Shown: positions 54,718 to 64,000 of the stretch, piece by piece | Layout: each line of letters opens with the position of its first letter | Position numbering within the stretch: position 1 is the stretch's first letter | Virus record (IMG/VR): IMGVR_UViG_3300049740_002954 | Location: 17,075-81,074 of that record | From: a virus | DNA: 64,000 bases | Direction: 5' to 3' (one strand) | Position numbers and translations under genes: made by a program | The notes under the pieces: generated by a model | The model's input: the letters and a program-made list of their open reading frames with translations, nothing else | Databases searched by the model: none | What the model was told of the DNA's origin: nothing

Positions 54718-57546
54718 ATGAAAAGTATAGCATACTACCTCCCTCAGTTTCATACAATACCTGAAAACGATAAATGGTGGGGTGAGGGTTTTACAGAATG
54801 GAGCAACGTTAGAACGGCAGAGGCAATGTATGAAGGTCATTATCAACCCAAAGAACCTTTGGATTATTATGATTTGTCTGAAATAAACGTGATGAAAAAG
54901 CAGGTTCGTCTTGCAAAAAAATATGGCCTTTACGGTTTCTGCTTCCACTACTATTGGTTTCAAGAGAAAAGGCTTTTAGAAAAACCGATAAATAATTTTT
55001 TAAAAAATAAAAGCTCCGATTTAGATTTTCCTTTTATGCTGTGCTGGGCTAATGAGAACTGGACAAGGAGATGGGATGGAAAAGAAAATGAAGTGTTAAT
55101 ATCTCAAAAACATAGTGAGGAAGATTACTGGAAGGTTGCAGAAGATATATTTAAATATATAGATGACGATAGGTATATAAAAATAAATAATAAGCCATTA
55201 TTGATAATTTATAGACCTGAAATTATGACAAAATTTAATTATTTTGCAAAAGTATTGAGATTAAAGGCTTTTGAACGTGGGCTTGAAGGCATTGAGATAT
55301 TGTCAACTAATTCATTTGGATTTAAAAACAGAGACGGTTTTGATATAGATGGTATTGTTGAGTTCCCGCCTCATTTTCCTTCTGGAGATTTTGTAAAAAA
55401 ATCAACAGATATTAATACTAGAAGTGATTTTAATGGTTTAATTTACGATTATAAGCATTGCGTCAAGAAAAGTATAACCTATTATAATGAAAAACAGATG
55501 ACTCCAAAAAGTATAGATTATTATCCGTGCTCTTTTCCTTCTTGGGATAATACCGCTAGAAGAGGACTGGATTCTCATATTTGCGCAAACACTTCAAAAA
55601 AACTTTTTAAGAAATGGTTGAGGGGCTGTTGTGATTTTTCAAAACAATACAACCCTAAGGAAAAAGATTTTATATTTATTAACGCATGGAACGAATGGGC
55701 AGAAGGGGCAATTCTTGAGCCAGATAAAAAAAACGGACTGTCTTCGCTGAAGGCTCTGAATTCTGTAATGAAAGAATATGGTAATTTCGACGTACAGGCA
55801 GATGCAATTAATCCTTTAATGAAGCATCAACTTCATGAGGAAAATAATAATCCTGAAATTAATAATAAAATAAATCTGCATTATTGGCCAGGCATGGGGG
55901 GAAAGAAAAATTTCGGAGACGAAATGAGTTCTTACATAATGAAAAAACTACTCCCCTTTAAGGAGTTTTCTTATAATATTAATCCTAAGGAGTGCAAAGT
56001 AAATCTAATAGCCTTAGGCTCGTACATTCAAATGGCTGAAGATGATTATTATATTTTTGGTTCTGGAGTAAGGACAGAGGGCGATAGATCTAAGTACAAA
56101 AAACTAAACGTCATAAGTGTTAGGGGGCCAAAAAGCAGGGATTTTCTTATATCAAAAGGGGTAGCTTGTCCAGAATTGTATGGCGACCCAGGATTATTCA
56201 TATCTAGATATTATCATCCAACTATTGATTTTGGTTTAAAAGGAAAAATAGGTATAGTTCCCCATATAACAGATAAAACAAATTACAATAAAAATAACTC
56301 TGATAAATTTCATATAATTGATCCATGTCAGCACTGGATGAAGGTCATTGATCAAATTTGTTCATGCGAATCTATTGTTTCTTCTTCTCTTCATGGCCTT
56401 ATTTGCGCGGATGCATATAACATGCCTAACGTTTGGATGGAATATAAATTACTAGATGAAGGTGATTTTAAGTTTATCGATTATTTTTTAAGCCAAGGAA
56501 GGGAAATTAAGAAAATATCTTCCCTAGAAGATATAAGTAATGATGTTTTTTATCAAGGAGGAAATAATATAAATTTAGATAAATTATCAGAGGCTTTATA
56601 TTCTTCTAGCCTGAATAAGAAAAACAATAAAGAAGCGGTTAATGTATCTTTAATTAATCCTACTGCAATAACTCGCGATAACAAACAATACACTTTATAC
56701 CGTGGTGAAAAATATTTAAAAGGCAAACCTCCACCCATCGGGTTTAATAGAAGCGAGCTTAGTTACTGGCTTGAGTGTGACGGAGTAAAAAAGCAGTGCG
56801 TTTTTGATTTTGGAGAATATTCATACAAAACTATAAAAAGAATAGATATAGAAAAAAAATCAAACAAGTCTATTATTGAAGACTTAAGGTTTATAGAATC
56901 TTCTATAAAGCAAACGAAAAACGGATTAACTTGCTTAGCGACATGCACATTATTGCCGCATGTGAGAATTTACCACGGAACGAAAAATAAAAATGGAGAA
57001 TTCGACAAAAGCAAAGGCATTGGTCTTGCATATACTTTTAAAATGGCTTATTGCGAAGTTAATTTAACCCATGGCGCTATAAAATACAAAGGTATTATCA
57101 GTCCTGAGTCTCAAATAAAAAACGAAAAAAACTGGACATCGTTTATTCATAATAATAACTTTTTTGTGATATACTCAATATCGCCACTTGTTTACTCAAA
57201 AGCTAGCTCTCTTGAAGAAATAAAATTTAATAAAAACAATCTCCCAGACAAACTAGATTTTCACTGCTCAACAAATCCAATTAATATTGGGGTTGACAAA
57301 TTTGCAATGCTTTGTCATACAAGAAACCAAAGTAAGGATTTTTGCTATAACTATCAGTTGGTAACATTTAATATACTTAACGGGGAAATTATTAATATGA
57401 ATAAGTACGATGTTAACGTCGATCCTAAATTATACTGCTCATCGATTATTCTAGATAATAATAAAATTAAAGTTTTAGCTGGAAAAGAGGACTTAGACAA
57501 TTCTAGTTTTTATATTAATATTCCTGAAACAAAAACTTGTATTTAA
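54718..57546 (+). CDS. Fusion: WbsX/GH99-like domain + polysaccharide pyruvyltransferase + C-terminal beta-propeller-like domain
   Basis: YYLPQFH..NDKWWGEGFTEW, CWANENW, NAWNEWAEG; NFGD, SVRGP, GDPG, SSSLHG; EDLR, EKNW. Confidence 0.8.
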   Translation: MKSIAYYLPQFHTIPENDKWWGEGFTEWSNVRTAEAMYEGHYQPKEPLDYYDLSEINVMKKQVRLAKKYGLYGFCFHYYWFQEKRLLEKPINNFLKNKSSDLDFPFMLCWANENWTRRWDGKENEVLISQKHSEEDYWKVAEDIFKYIDDDRYIKINNKPLLIIYRPEIMTKFNYFAKVLRLKAFERGLEGIEILSTNSFGFKNRDGFDIDGIVEFPPHFPSGDFVKKSTDINTRSDFNGLIYDYKHCVKKSITYYNEKQMTPKSIDYYPCSFPSWDNTARRGLDSHICANTSKKLFKKWLRGCCDFSKQYNPKEKDFIFINAWNEWAEGAILEPDKKNGLSSLKALNSVMKEYGNFDVQADAINPLMKHQLHEENNNPEINNKINLHYWPGMGGKKNFGDEMSSYIMKKLLPFKEFSYNINPKECKVNLIALGSYIQMAEDDYYIFGSGVRTEGDRSKYKKLNVISVRGPKSRDFLISKGVACPELYGDPGLFISRYYHPTIDFGLKGKIGIVPHITDKTNYNKNNSDKFHIIDPCQHWMKVIDQICSCESIVSSSLHGLICADAYNMPNVWMEYKLLDEGDFKFIDYFLSQGREIKKISSLEDISNDVFYQGGNNINLDKLSEALYSSSLNKKNNKEAVNVSLINPTAITRDNKQYTLYRGEKYLKGKPPPIGFNRSELSYWLECDGVKKQCVFDFGEYSYKTIKRIDIEKKSNKSIIEDLRFIESSIKQTKNGLTCLATCTLLPHVRIYHGTKNKNGEFDKSKGIGLAYTFKMAYCEVNLTHGAIKYKGIISPESQIKNEKNWTSFIHNNNFFVIYSISPLVYSKASSLEEIKFNKNNLPDKLDFHCSTNPINIGVDKFAMLCHTRNQSKDFCYNYQLVTFNILNGEIINMNKYDVNVDPKLYCSSIILDNNKIKVLAGKEDLDNSSFYINIPETKTCI

Positions 57547-57549
57547 AAA

Positions 57550-58206
57550 ATGAATCATATATCCGTTATCATACCCACTGTATGGAAGGCTAATAGAGAG
57601 TTGATAAGAAGCTTATTTAAACTTCAAAGAGATGACTTTATTGAGGAAATTATAATAATAGATAACGACCCGAGTAAAACTCCTAATTTTATAAAAAAAT
57701 TTGATAAGGTAAAAGTGTTTCCTCAAGAAAATAATTTATTTTTTAACAAAAGCGTTAATCTTGGTGTTGAGCTTAGCAAGAATGATGTGTGTTGCATATT
57801 GAATGATGATGTAGTATGTGATGCAGCTCTTTTTTCTTTTGTGTGCGCTAATTACAGTTACATGATAGGTTCTTTATTTTTTGATCCAAGATTTGTTAAT
57901 CAAGAAACTTCCGAAGATATATTTATATATCAAGTAAATGAGTGGCCAGGCCATGGTTGCGCAATGGTTTTTTTTGTTAAAAAGCAGTATTTTTGTGAAA
58001 TCCCAAATGATATTATTCATCATTTTGGAGACAGTTATATATTTAATATGAATAAAATTATGGGGTTAGGAAATTATATTGTTTCAGGCGCGGGAATGTC
58101 TACTCCCGGTAGCGCTAGTGAAGATAATTTTATTAAGAAAATAATAAAAAAAGACTGGGAAGAGGGTTGGCCTAAGGTTAATGAAATTCTGGAAATTAAG
58201 CTATGA
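57550..58206 (+). CDS. Glycosyltransferase GT2-like
   Basis: ISVIIPT, IIIIDND, SVNLGV, ILNDD, FGD. Confidence 0.8.
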   Translation: MNHISVIIPTVWKANRELIRSLFKLQRDDFIEEIIIIDNDPSKTPNFIKKFDKVKVFPQENNLFFNKSVNLGVELSKNDVCCILNDDVVCDAALFSFVCANYSYMIGSLFFDPRFVNQETSEDIFIYQVNEWPGHGCAMVFFVKKQYFCEIPNDIIHHFGDSYIFNMNKIMGLGNYIVSGAGMSTPGSASEDNFIKKIIKKDWEEGWPKVNEILEIKL

Positions 58207-60101
58207 TAAGTAATAAGATTAATTCTATAAGAGGACAAGAGATACCAAAAAAAATTCACGTTTCTTGGAAAAATAAAGATATATTAAGCTATGATTACTC
58301 TATTATAAACCAGGGCTTAGGGAACTTGCAAAAATTAAATTCAGAGTGGGATTTAGTTGTTTATGATGATGAAGACATTAATAAATTATTGAGAGATTCT
58401 ATAGGCGAAGATAATTGGCAATTAATAAAGAATAAAAAAATTACAGAAAAAACTGATTTATGGAGGCTATTAAAGGTTTACAAGGAGGGTGGGCTTTACA
58501 TCGATATAGATAGGTATGTGGATATTCCTTTATCGGAAATCATAAAAAAAGATACATCAATGGTTTTGCCTACTTTTTTAGATATAGATTTTTCACAAGA
58601 CTTTATATTAACCTGTAAAAATAATCCCGTTTTGGGTGAGGCCATATTGAGTAATTTAGAGTTTAGGAAAAATAAAATGCCTCTTTTTGATACTGCTGTA
58701 GATTCATATATGCGTTCTGTTTCAAGAGTAATTAGTGGTAAAGCTTTACCTAGAGGAAACAATAATAAAGAATACTTTAAGCAAATAAGAAAGGATATAG
58801 AGGTTTGCAGTTTTATAGAAACGTATAGAGAGGAGGGTCCCGGGAATCATATTTTATTTAGAAACATAGATGGGGATTTTGATCAGGAAATTTTTGCAAG
58901 AGATAAAGCTGAGCTTTATAATAGTCAAGGGGTTAAAAATTGGAATATTAATACTGTAGGCCAACATAATTTATTAAAGAAGAATGTCAAAAAAAAGAAG
59001 ATTAATTTTATATGGCAGGAATTAAAGGGCGGAGAGACGTGCCTTGAGCGTGAGTGGATTAATACTTTGTTCCAGGATTTTACTATTAATAATATTTCAG
59101 ATGAAGATTACTCTTGTGTTTTAGATAATAGCGTGGTTATTTATAGCGACATGTTTAGTGCAAAAAAAGAAGATTATCCTGAATCATTACATAAAACGCA
59201 CGATTTTATAAAAAAGCGTCAGAGAGAATATTTTAAAAAGTTCAAGAAAATAAAGAATTGCTATCTTTTTCATGTAAGCGATGAGTATGGCCATGCAGAG
59301 GTTTCTCATTATAAGTATTTTAAGCATGTATTTAGAAATTATTACAGAAAAGATTGTGAGAGCGGAAACATTTCTTTTGTGCCTCTTGGGTCCAATATTA
59401 AGGGTGTTAATGAAAAAAAATATTCAAAAAAATCATTTTCTATAATCTTACCTACATGTTGGAAGTCGCCCAAAAATTTAGTTAAAACTTTATGTTTATT
59501 GGAAAGGGTTGAATGCATTGATGAAATCATCATCGTAAATAATAATTTTAATTCTACTCCAAAATGTATTAGTGAATTTAAAAAAGTGATAGTTTTAACT
59601 CCTGGCGAAGCCTTATTTTTGAATGAAAGTATAAACATGGCTGTCCCTCAGGCCAGGAATGAAAATATTGCCATATTAAATGATGAGTGTTTTATTGATG
59701 TGTCTGTATTTGATTATCTAGGAGGCGCAATGGAGGAGAATAGTTCTTTATTTTTTGTAAATGAAAATTGTATGAATTTTAAATCAGATGAAAACAATAA
59801 TTTTTACGAAAATTTTGTAAAAGAAAAAGGCGACAAAATTGTTGATAGTATTGCTACGTGCGGAAGAATATTATTTTGTGCGTTGAAAAAACATGACTTC
59901 GCCCCTATAAGCAAAAGTGTAAGACATAATTTTGGAGATGTTTCTCTTTTTAATAATTTTCAAACAAGTGGAGGTGAAGGCAGGGAATTGATGGGATTTG
60001 AGCTTACTGTTTTTGATTGTGGGGAGAGAAACAAGAGCGAAAGATTGCTTGATGCGAAACTTAATGATTGGCTTGTTTATAAAAACGCAAAAAAAAATTA
60101 A
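58203..60101 (+). CDS. Multi-domain glycosyltransferase: GT32-like + exostosin N-half-like + GT2-like
   Basis: IPKKIH..DLWRL..GGLYIDID; HVSDE..FRNYY..VPLG; FSIILPT..ILNDE. Confidence 0.75.
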   Translation: MISNKINSIRGQEIPKKIHVSWKNKDILSYDYSIINQGLGNLQKLNSEWDLVVYDDEDINKLLRDSIGEDNWQLIKNKKITEKTDLWRLLKVYKEGGLYIDIDRYVDIPLSEIIKKDTSMVLPTFLDIDFSQDFILTCKNNPVLGEAILSNLEFRKNKMPLFDTAVDSYMRSVSRVISGKALPRGNNNKEYFKQIRKDIEVCSFIETYREEGPGNHILFRNIDGDFDQEIFARDKAELYNSQGVKNWNINTVGQHNLLKKNVKKKKINFIWQELKGGETCLEREWINTLFQDFTINNISDEDYSCVLDNSVVIYSDMFSAKKEDYPESLHKTHDFIKKRQREYFKKFKKIKNCYLFHVSDEYGHAEVSHYKYFKHVFRNYYRKDCESGNISFVPLGSNIKGVNEKKYSKKSFSIILPTCWKSPKNLVKTLCLLERVECIDEIIIVNNNFNSTPKCISEFKKVIVLTPGEALFLNESINMAVPQARNENIAILNDECFIDVSVFDYLGGAMEENSSLFFVNENCMNFKSDENNNFYENFVKEKGDKIVDSIATCGRILFCALKKHDFAPISKSVRHNFGDVSLFNNFQTSGGEGRELMGFELTVFDCGERNKSERLLDAKLNDWLVYKNAKKN

Positions 60102-60105
60102 TAAA

Positions 60106-61593
60106 ATGATTATAAATACAAAAAACATAAAATATTATTTTTTAACAACTCAAAGCGATTCGGTTAGAGCAAATTATACCAGGCAGCTTCTTGAGGATTA
60201 TAATTTAGAGGAAGTTAATCCTTATGAATTGGGCGTGTCTGTTGCAAAATCCGGAAGTATCGGTCATGCAAGAATGATAGAAAGAGGCGTCAGAAATCAA
60301 AGCAGAAAAAGACGTTTTGAGCCCTTTGTGATTTTAGAAGATGATATAGAATTTTATAGAGACATGCCTGAAGAAATTGACATTCCTGATGACGCTGATC
60401 TACTTTATATTGGAGTTTCGGGATTAGGTATGATAGATGGTAATTTTGCTCAAGCTATAATAGCCAACGAAATTGATGAAAATACGCTAAGGGTTTTTAA
60501 CATGCTGAGCGGACACGCTATTGTTGTATGCAGTATGGTTGGCGCTTTACTCTATCAAAAATGTATGGTAGATAGTTACCATAAGGAAAGGATGTGGGAT
60601 GCATATGTTGCTGAGTCGCAACCTTGGCATAATATATATTGTTTAAAGTCCCCAATTTTTTATCAGGCATCTGAAAGAGGTGGGAAACAAGTATGCACTA
60701 AAACTTCAATAAGCTCATTTGCTAGCCCAAATATGTTGAGAGACGATTATATGAATGATTTTAAATCTGATGCAACATATAAAATTATTGAGGGGGCTGT
60801 GTGCGATTTAAGTTTCTTGAGTAAGTTAAAACCCATTCCGAAAAAAGTTCACATGTCCTGGAGGAATAAAGAATTTATTCATAGCCAAAACCCTTTGGTT
60901 TTGAATGGAGTAAGGAATTTAATAGACATGAATCCTGATTGGGAAGTAGAGGTTTCAATTGACGTCGAAGATGTTGAGCAGTACCTTTCTGATAATTTAG
61001 AAAAAAAAGATTATGATCTGTTGAGGTCTAGACCCATAGTAGAAAAAGTTGATGTTTGGCGATTGCTGAAAGTGTTTCTTGAGGGAGGTATGTACATGGA
61101 TATAGATCGACACTGCAATAAAAAGTTAAATAGTTTGATTGGAAAGGATGTAAAACAAATTTTACCTTTTCACAAGCCAAAAAATACCATAATTGATTGC
61201 TCTCAGGATATAATCTTGACTTCTGCAGAAAATCCTATCATTGGTTACGCTTTAGATTTAAATTTAAGAAGAAGGAGAAGTGGGTGGGTCGACATTATGA
61301 CTTTGGGTCCTATAAATTATTTTCATGCGATTACTAGATTTTTGCATGGATATTCGGTTAATCGCTATCCACCAAAAGAAGTTATTGATCAAATATTATT
61401 GAATATAGAAAATTCAATATATATTGATTATTTTATAGAGAAACCTCCATTTGAGACTTTAATATTTAAATATGACGAATCCACATTTAAGGCTGGTAAC
61501 GGAGAAGACAAAGAGGGTTTGTATAAAGAAAGTAATGTGCCTCATTGGTCTATTGATAATCCTATAATAAGAGCTAATAGAAAGTTTGATTAA
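60106..61593 (+). CDS. Multi-domain glycosyltransferase: GT25-like + GT32-like
   Basis: ILEDDI, ADLLYIG, NMLSGHA; IPKKVH..DVWRL..GGMYMDID; start set at ATG 60106. Confidence 0.75.
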   Translation: MIINTKNIKYYFLTTQSDSVRANYTRQLLEDYNLEEVNPYELGVSVAKSGSIGHARMIERGVRNQSRKRRFEPFVILEDDIEFYRDMPEEIDIPDDADLLYIGVSGLGMIDGNFAQAIIANEIDENTLRVFNMLSGHAIVVCSMVGALLYQKCMVDSYHKERMWDAYVAESQPWHNIYCLKSPIFYQASERGGKQVCTKTSISSFASPNMLRDDYMNDFKSDATYKIIEGAVCDLSFLSKLKPIPKKVHMSWRNKEFIHSQNPLVLNGVRNLIDMNPDWEVEVSIDVEDVEQYLSDNLEKKDYDLLRSRPIVEKVDVWRLLKVFLEGGMYMDIDRHCNKKLNSLIGKDVKQILPFHKPKNTIIDCSQDIILTSAENPIIGYALDLNLRRRRSGWVDIMTLGPINYFHAITRFLHGYSVNRYPPKEVIDQILLNIENSIYIDYFIEKPPFETLIFKYDESTFKAGNGEDKEGLYKESNVPHWSIDNPIIRANRKFD

Positions 61594-61599
61594 TTTATT

Positions 61600-62856
61600 G
61601 TGAAAGAAAATAATAAATTCATTAACAAAAAGTATGTTTGGTGCTTTATGGGTCAGTTAGAGGATAGGCCAACTAGAAAGAAAATGATAAACGTCTTTGG
61701 GTCTTTAAGTAAAAATTGTTTCACTCATAGTAATAGTTCTTGGCGATCTAAGGATATGATTAATAAAGATAAATATTTAGATATTATAAAAGATAGTATT
61801 TTTGTTCCATGTCCCAGGGGTAATAAGTCTGTAGATAGTTTTAGATTTTTTGAAACTTTAGAGTCAGGCTCTATTCCTATCGTTGAGGAAGAAGATGGTT
61901 ATTGGGAAAAAATATTAGGGGAAAATCCTTTAATAAAAGTGCAGCCTGATTGGAGTAACTTGAGCGAAAAGATATCTGAACTTTTGAACAATGAAGAAAA
62001 ATTAATCGATTATTCTAGAGAGTTAAACGATTGGTGGGTCAACTACAAAAACGGTTTGGTAAATAAAGTGTCCAAAGTTGTTGAGGTTTCTTCTGACCAA
62101 AAAGAAGATGCCAAACGAAAGGAATTTGTTCGATTAAAGAAGGTGTGGTCAGAATTAAAAAACTTAAAGTCTTTAGAGTTTATATCTGATAAGTTGAAAT
62201 ACGATAAGCCTAGTCCTGATAAGTTTAGTAAATATAATGCAGGTAAAAAAATTGCATTTGTTATGCTTTATACTCCTGAGATATATGATTTTTCTGCATA
62301 CTCAGAAGAAAATATTAAAGATTATTGTTATTTAAATAATTATACATTATATGTATATAGGGATTCTCTAAATTCAAAGGCTAGTCCTAACTGGTCTAAA
62401 TCAACAGCTATATTAAATCATATAAGAGATCATGATTATATAGTGTGGATTGATGCAGATTGTGTTGTTTTGAATAAAGATAAAAAAATCGAAAAAATAA
62501 TAAGAAAAAGCAAGAAAAATGCAAAGATAATTGCTTGCGAAGATATTGGAAAGAATTCTTTATTTAATAGTGGAGTGGTAATCTTTAAAAATCATTCTTT
62601 TGTTATTAATATTATAAATTCATGGAATAAGTTTGATGGAGACAAGTCTCATTTGTATGCTAGCGGAGGAGATCAGGAAGTTTTAATAGATATTATTAAA
62701 AGTAATGATTTTAATGGGTTTAATACTGAAATTTTAGACATGAATGAATTTAATACAGATCCTAGAATGTTGAATGAAGATAGTTTTATTTTGCATTTTA
62801 TGGCATACCCACTCTTTTTAAAGAAGATATTTATCTATTATTGTTGTTCTCTTTAG
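61600..62856 (+). CDS. Multi-domain glycosyltransferase: exostosin (GT47) C-half-like + GT34/MNN10-like
   Basis: WCFMG, CPRGN..DSFRFFETLESGSIP; WSK, WIDAD, FNSGV, GDQ. Confidence 0.75.
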   Translation: MKENNKFINKKYVWCFMGQLEDRPTRKKMINVFGSLSKNCFTHSNSSWRSKDMINKDKYLDIIKDSIFVPCPRGNKSVDSFRFFETLESGSIPIVEEEDGYWEKILGENPLIKVQPDWSNLSEKISELLNNEEKLIDYSRELNDWWVNYKNGLVNKVSKVVEVSSDQKEDAKRKEFVRLKKVWSELKNLKSLEFISDKLKYDKPSPDKFSKYNAGKKIAFVMLYTPEIYDFSAYSEENIKDYCYLNNYTLYVYRDSLNSKASPNWSKSTAILNHIRDHDYIVWIDADCVVLNKDKKIEKIIRKSKKNAKIIACEDIGKNSLFNSGVVIFKNHSFVINIINSWNKFDGDKSHLYASGGDQEVLIDIIKSNDFNGFNTEILDMNEFNTDPRMLNEDSFILHFMAYPLFLKKIFIYYCCSL

Positions 62857-62883
62857 TGGTAAAAAAACGTATATATATGTTGT

Positions 62884-64000
62884 ATGGCTAAAATATTCCG
62901 TACCCAAAAATTACAACTTAATGGAAACTTTGTTTCCCTTAGGTCGCCAAATGTCGATGAGCTCGAAATTTTAGACTCAAACGGCAGCGTGATATCTAGA
63001 CCTGTTTCTGACATTTCTAGTTTACACGCACAGCGCATTGTTGACGAAGCTGGAACAGATAGCGATGTTTCTAGTCTTGCAGCCTTACGACAAAGCGATG
63101 AAGATACTACAGATAGCGACGTTTCAAGTCTCGCTCAAATTGCTTCTGGCAATACAGCGAATCTTGATAGCGATATCTCTAGTCTTCAAGTTCAACGTCA
63201 AGGTGACGAAGATGGAACAGATAGCGATGTTTCTAGCCTCTACGCTTTAGTAGAAGCTGATGACGCAAGTCAAGACAGCGATATCTCAAGTCTTCAAGCC
63301 CAACGCACAGACGACGAAGCTGGAACAGATAGCGATATCTCCAGCCTTCAAGCTCAACGCGTAGCAGACGAAAATGGAACAGATAGTGACGTTTCAAGTC
63401 TCGCTCAAATTGCTTCTGGTAATACAGCGAATCTTGATAGCGATATCTCTAGTCTTCAAGTTCAACGTCAAGGTGACGAAGATGGAACAGATAGTGATAT
63501 CTCCAGCCTTCAAGCTCAACGCGTAGCAGACGAAGATATGACAGATAGCGATGTTTCTAGCCTCTACGCTTTAGTAGAAGCTGATGACGCAAGTCAAGAC
63601 AGCGATATCTCAAGTCTTCAAGCTCAACGCACAGACGACGAAGCTGGAACAGATAGCGATATCTCCAGTCTTCAAGCTCAACGCGTAGCAGACGAAAATG
63701 GAACAGATAGTGACGTTTCAAGTCTCGCTCAAATTGCTTCTGGTAATACAGCGAATCTTGATAGCGATATCTCTAGTCTTCAAGTTCAACGTCAAGGTGA
63801 CGAAGATGGAACAGATAGTGATATCTCCAGTCTTCAAGCTCAACGCGTAGCAGACGAAGATGGAACAGATAGTGATGTTTCTAGCCTCTACGCTTTAGTA
63901 GAAGCTGATGACGCAAGTCAAGACAGCGATATCTCAAGTCTTCAAGCTCAACGCACAGACGACGAAGCTGGAACAGATAGCGATATCTCCAGTCTTCAAG
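62884..64000 (+). CDS. Large acidic Ser-rich 18-aa repeat protein (fibre-like coiled coil), partial
   Basis: ATG 62884 MAKIFRTQKLQLNG..., open to window end; units DSD(I/V)SSL + 11 aa; absent from ORF track because no stop falls inside the window. Confidence 0.85.
   Translation, partial: MAKIFRTQKLQLNGNFVSLRSPNVDELEILDSNGSVISRPVSDISSLHAQRIVDEAGTDSDVSSLAALRQSDEDTTDSDVSSLAQIASGNTANLDSDISSLQVQRQGDEDGTDSDVSSLYALVEADDASQDSDISSLQAQRTDDEAGTDSDISSLQAQRVADENGTDSDVSSLAQIASGNTANLDSDISSLQVQRQGDEDGTDSDISSLQAQRVADEDMTDSDVSSLYALVEADDASQDSDISSLQAQRTDDEAGTDSDISSLQAQRVADENGTDSDVSSLAQIASGNTANLDSDISSLQVQRQGDEDGTDSDISSLQAQRVADEDGTDSDVSSLYALVEADDASQDSDISSLQAQRTDDEAGTDSDISSLQ
63004..64000 (+). repeat. 54-bp tandem coding repeat (18 full units + partial) with higher-order 270/324-bp period
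   Basis: GATAGCGATATCTCxAGxCTT cores every 54 nt; unit GTTTCAAGTCTCGCTCAAATT recurs at 63121, 63391, 63715. Confidence 0.95.

Noticed and set aside
1839-60128. Numerous short (60-135 aa) ORFs overlapping long genes on the opposite strand or in another frame
   Set aside because: Contained within well-supported genes and lacking recognisable motifs or start signals.
62866-62883. GTGTA motif upstream of the repeat gene
   Set aside because: Only imperfect ACGTA and TTGTA variants are present, so it was not counted.
62853-63250. ORF-track entries 62853-63038 (-) and 63038-63250 (+)
   Set aside because: Shadows of the real frame starting at ATG 62884.
63004-64000. 54-bp periodic repeats as a CRISPR array
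   Set aside because: The variable parts recur rather than being unique spacers, the period is a multiple of 3, variation is largely synonymous in one open frame, and no cas operon is present.
1-64000. Stop-codon reassignment, tRNA genes, integrase, reverse transcriptase/DGR
   Set aside because: Conserved genes are full length in the standard code with all three stops used; intergenic gaps are short with no cloverleaf seen by eye; no integrase or RT motifs found.

Overview
AT-rich, gene-dense 64 kb segment of a large tailed dsDNA phage genome (Caudoviricetes-type), read in the standard code. No rRNA, tRNA, integrase or CRISPR array was seen. It carries a probable lysis module (holin-like, unimolecular-spanin-like and TM+GAF holin-like genes), a phage sigma factor, a head module (terminase, protease/scaffold, decoration, major capsid) and a portal about 39 kb downstream of terL. 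Replication genes are a DnaE split into PHP and core genes, a DEDDh exonuclease, DnaB, DnaG, RecA and a RecB-type nuclease, plus a ribonucleotide reductase whose small subunit has class Ic (Mn/Fe, tyrosyl-radical-less) signatures. Accessory genes include ClpC, Hsp20, a SET-domain protein, a membrane-tethered subtilase, an orphan MbcA/ParS/Xre-type antitoxin domain, a porin and a DUF1549/DUF1553 + DUF1501 gene pair typical of Planctomycetes/Verrucomicrobia, which suggests a PVC-superphylum host. Two large glycan clusters are present: Gmd/GT11/GT6/sulfotransferase, and a DUF2827 pair plus multi-domain glycosyltransferases. The second runs straight into a large 18-residue 'DSDISSL' repeat protein that the ORF track missed. 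Three promoter classes are visible: sigma70-type (often leaderless), a recurrent GTGTA motif about 10 nt before start codons (candidate phage late promoter), and one sigma54-type site. All family calls come from motif recognition by eye, with no database searches.
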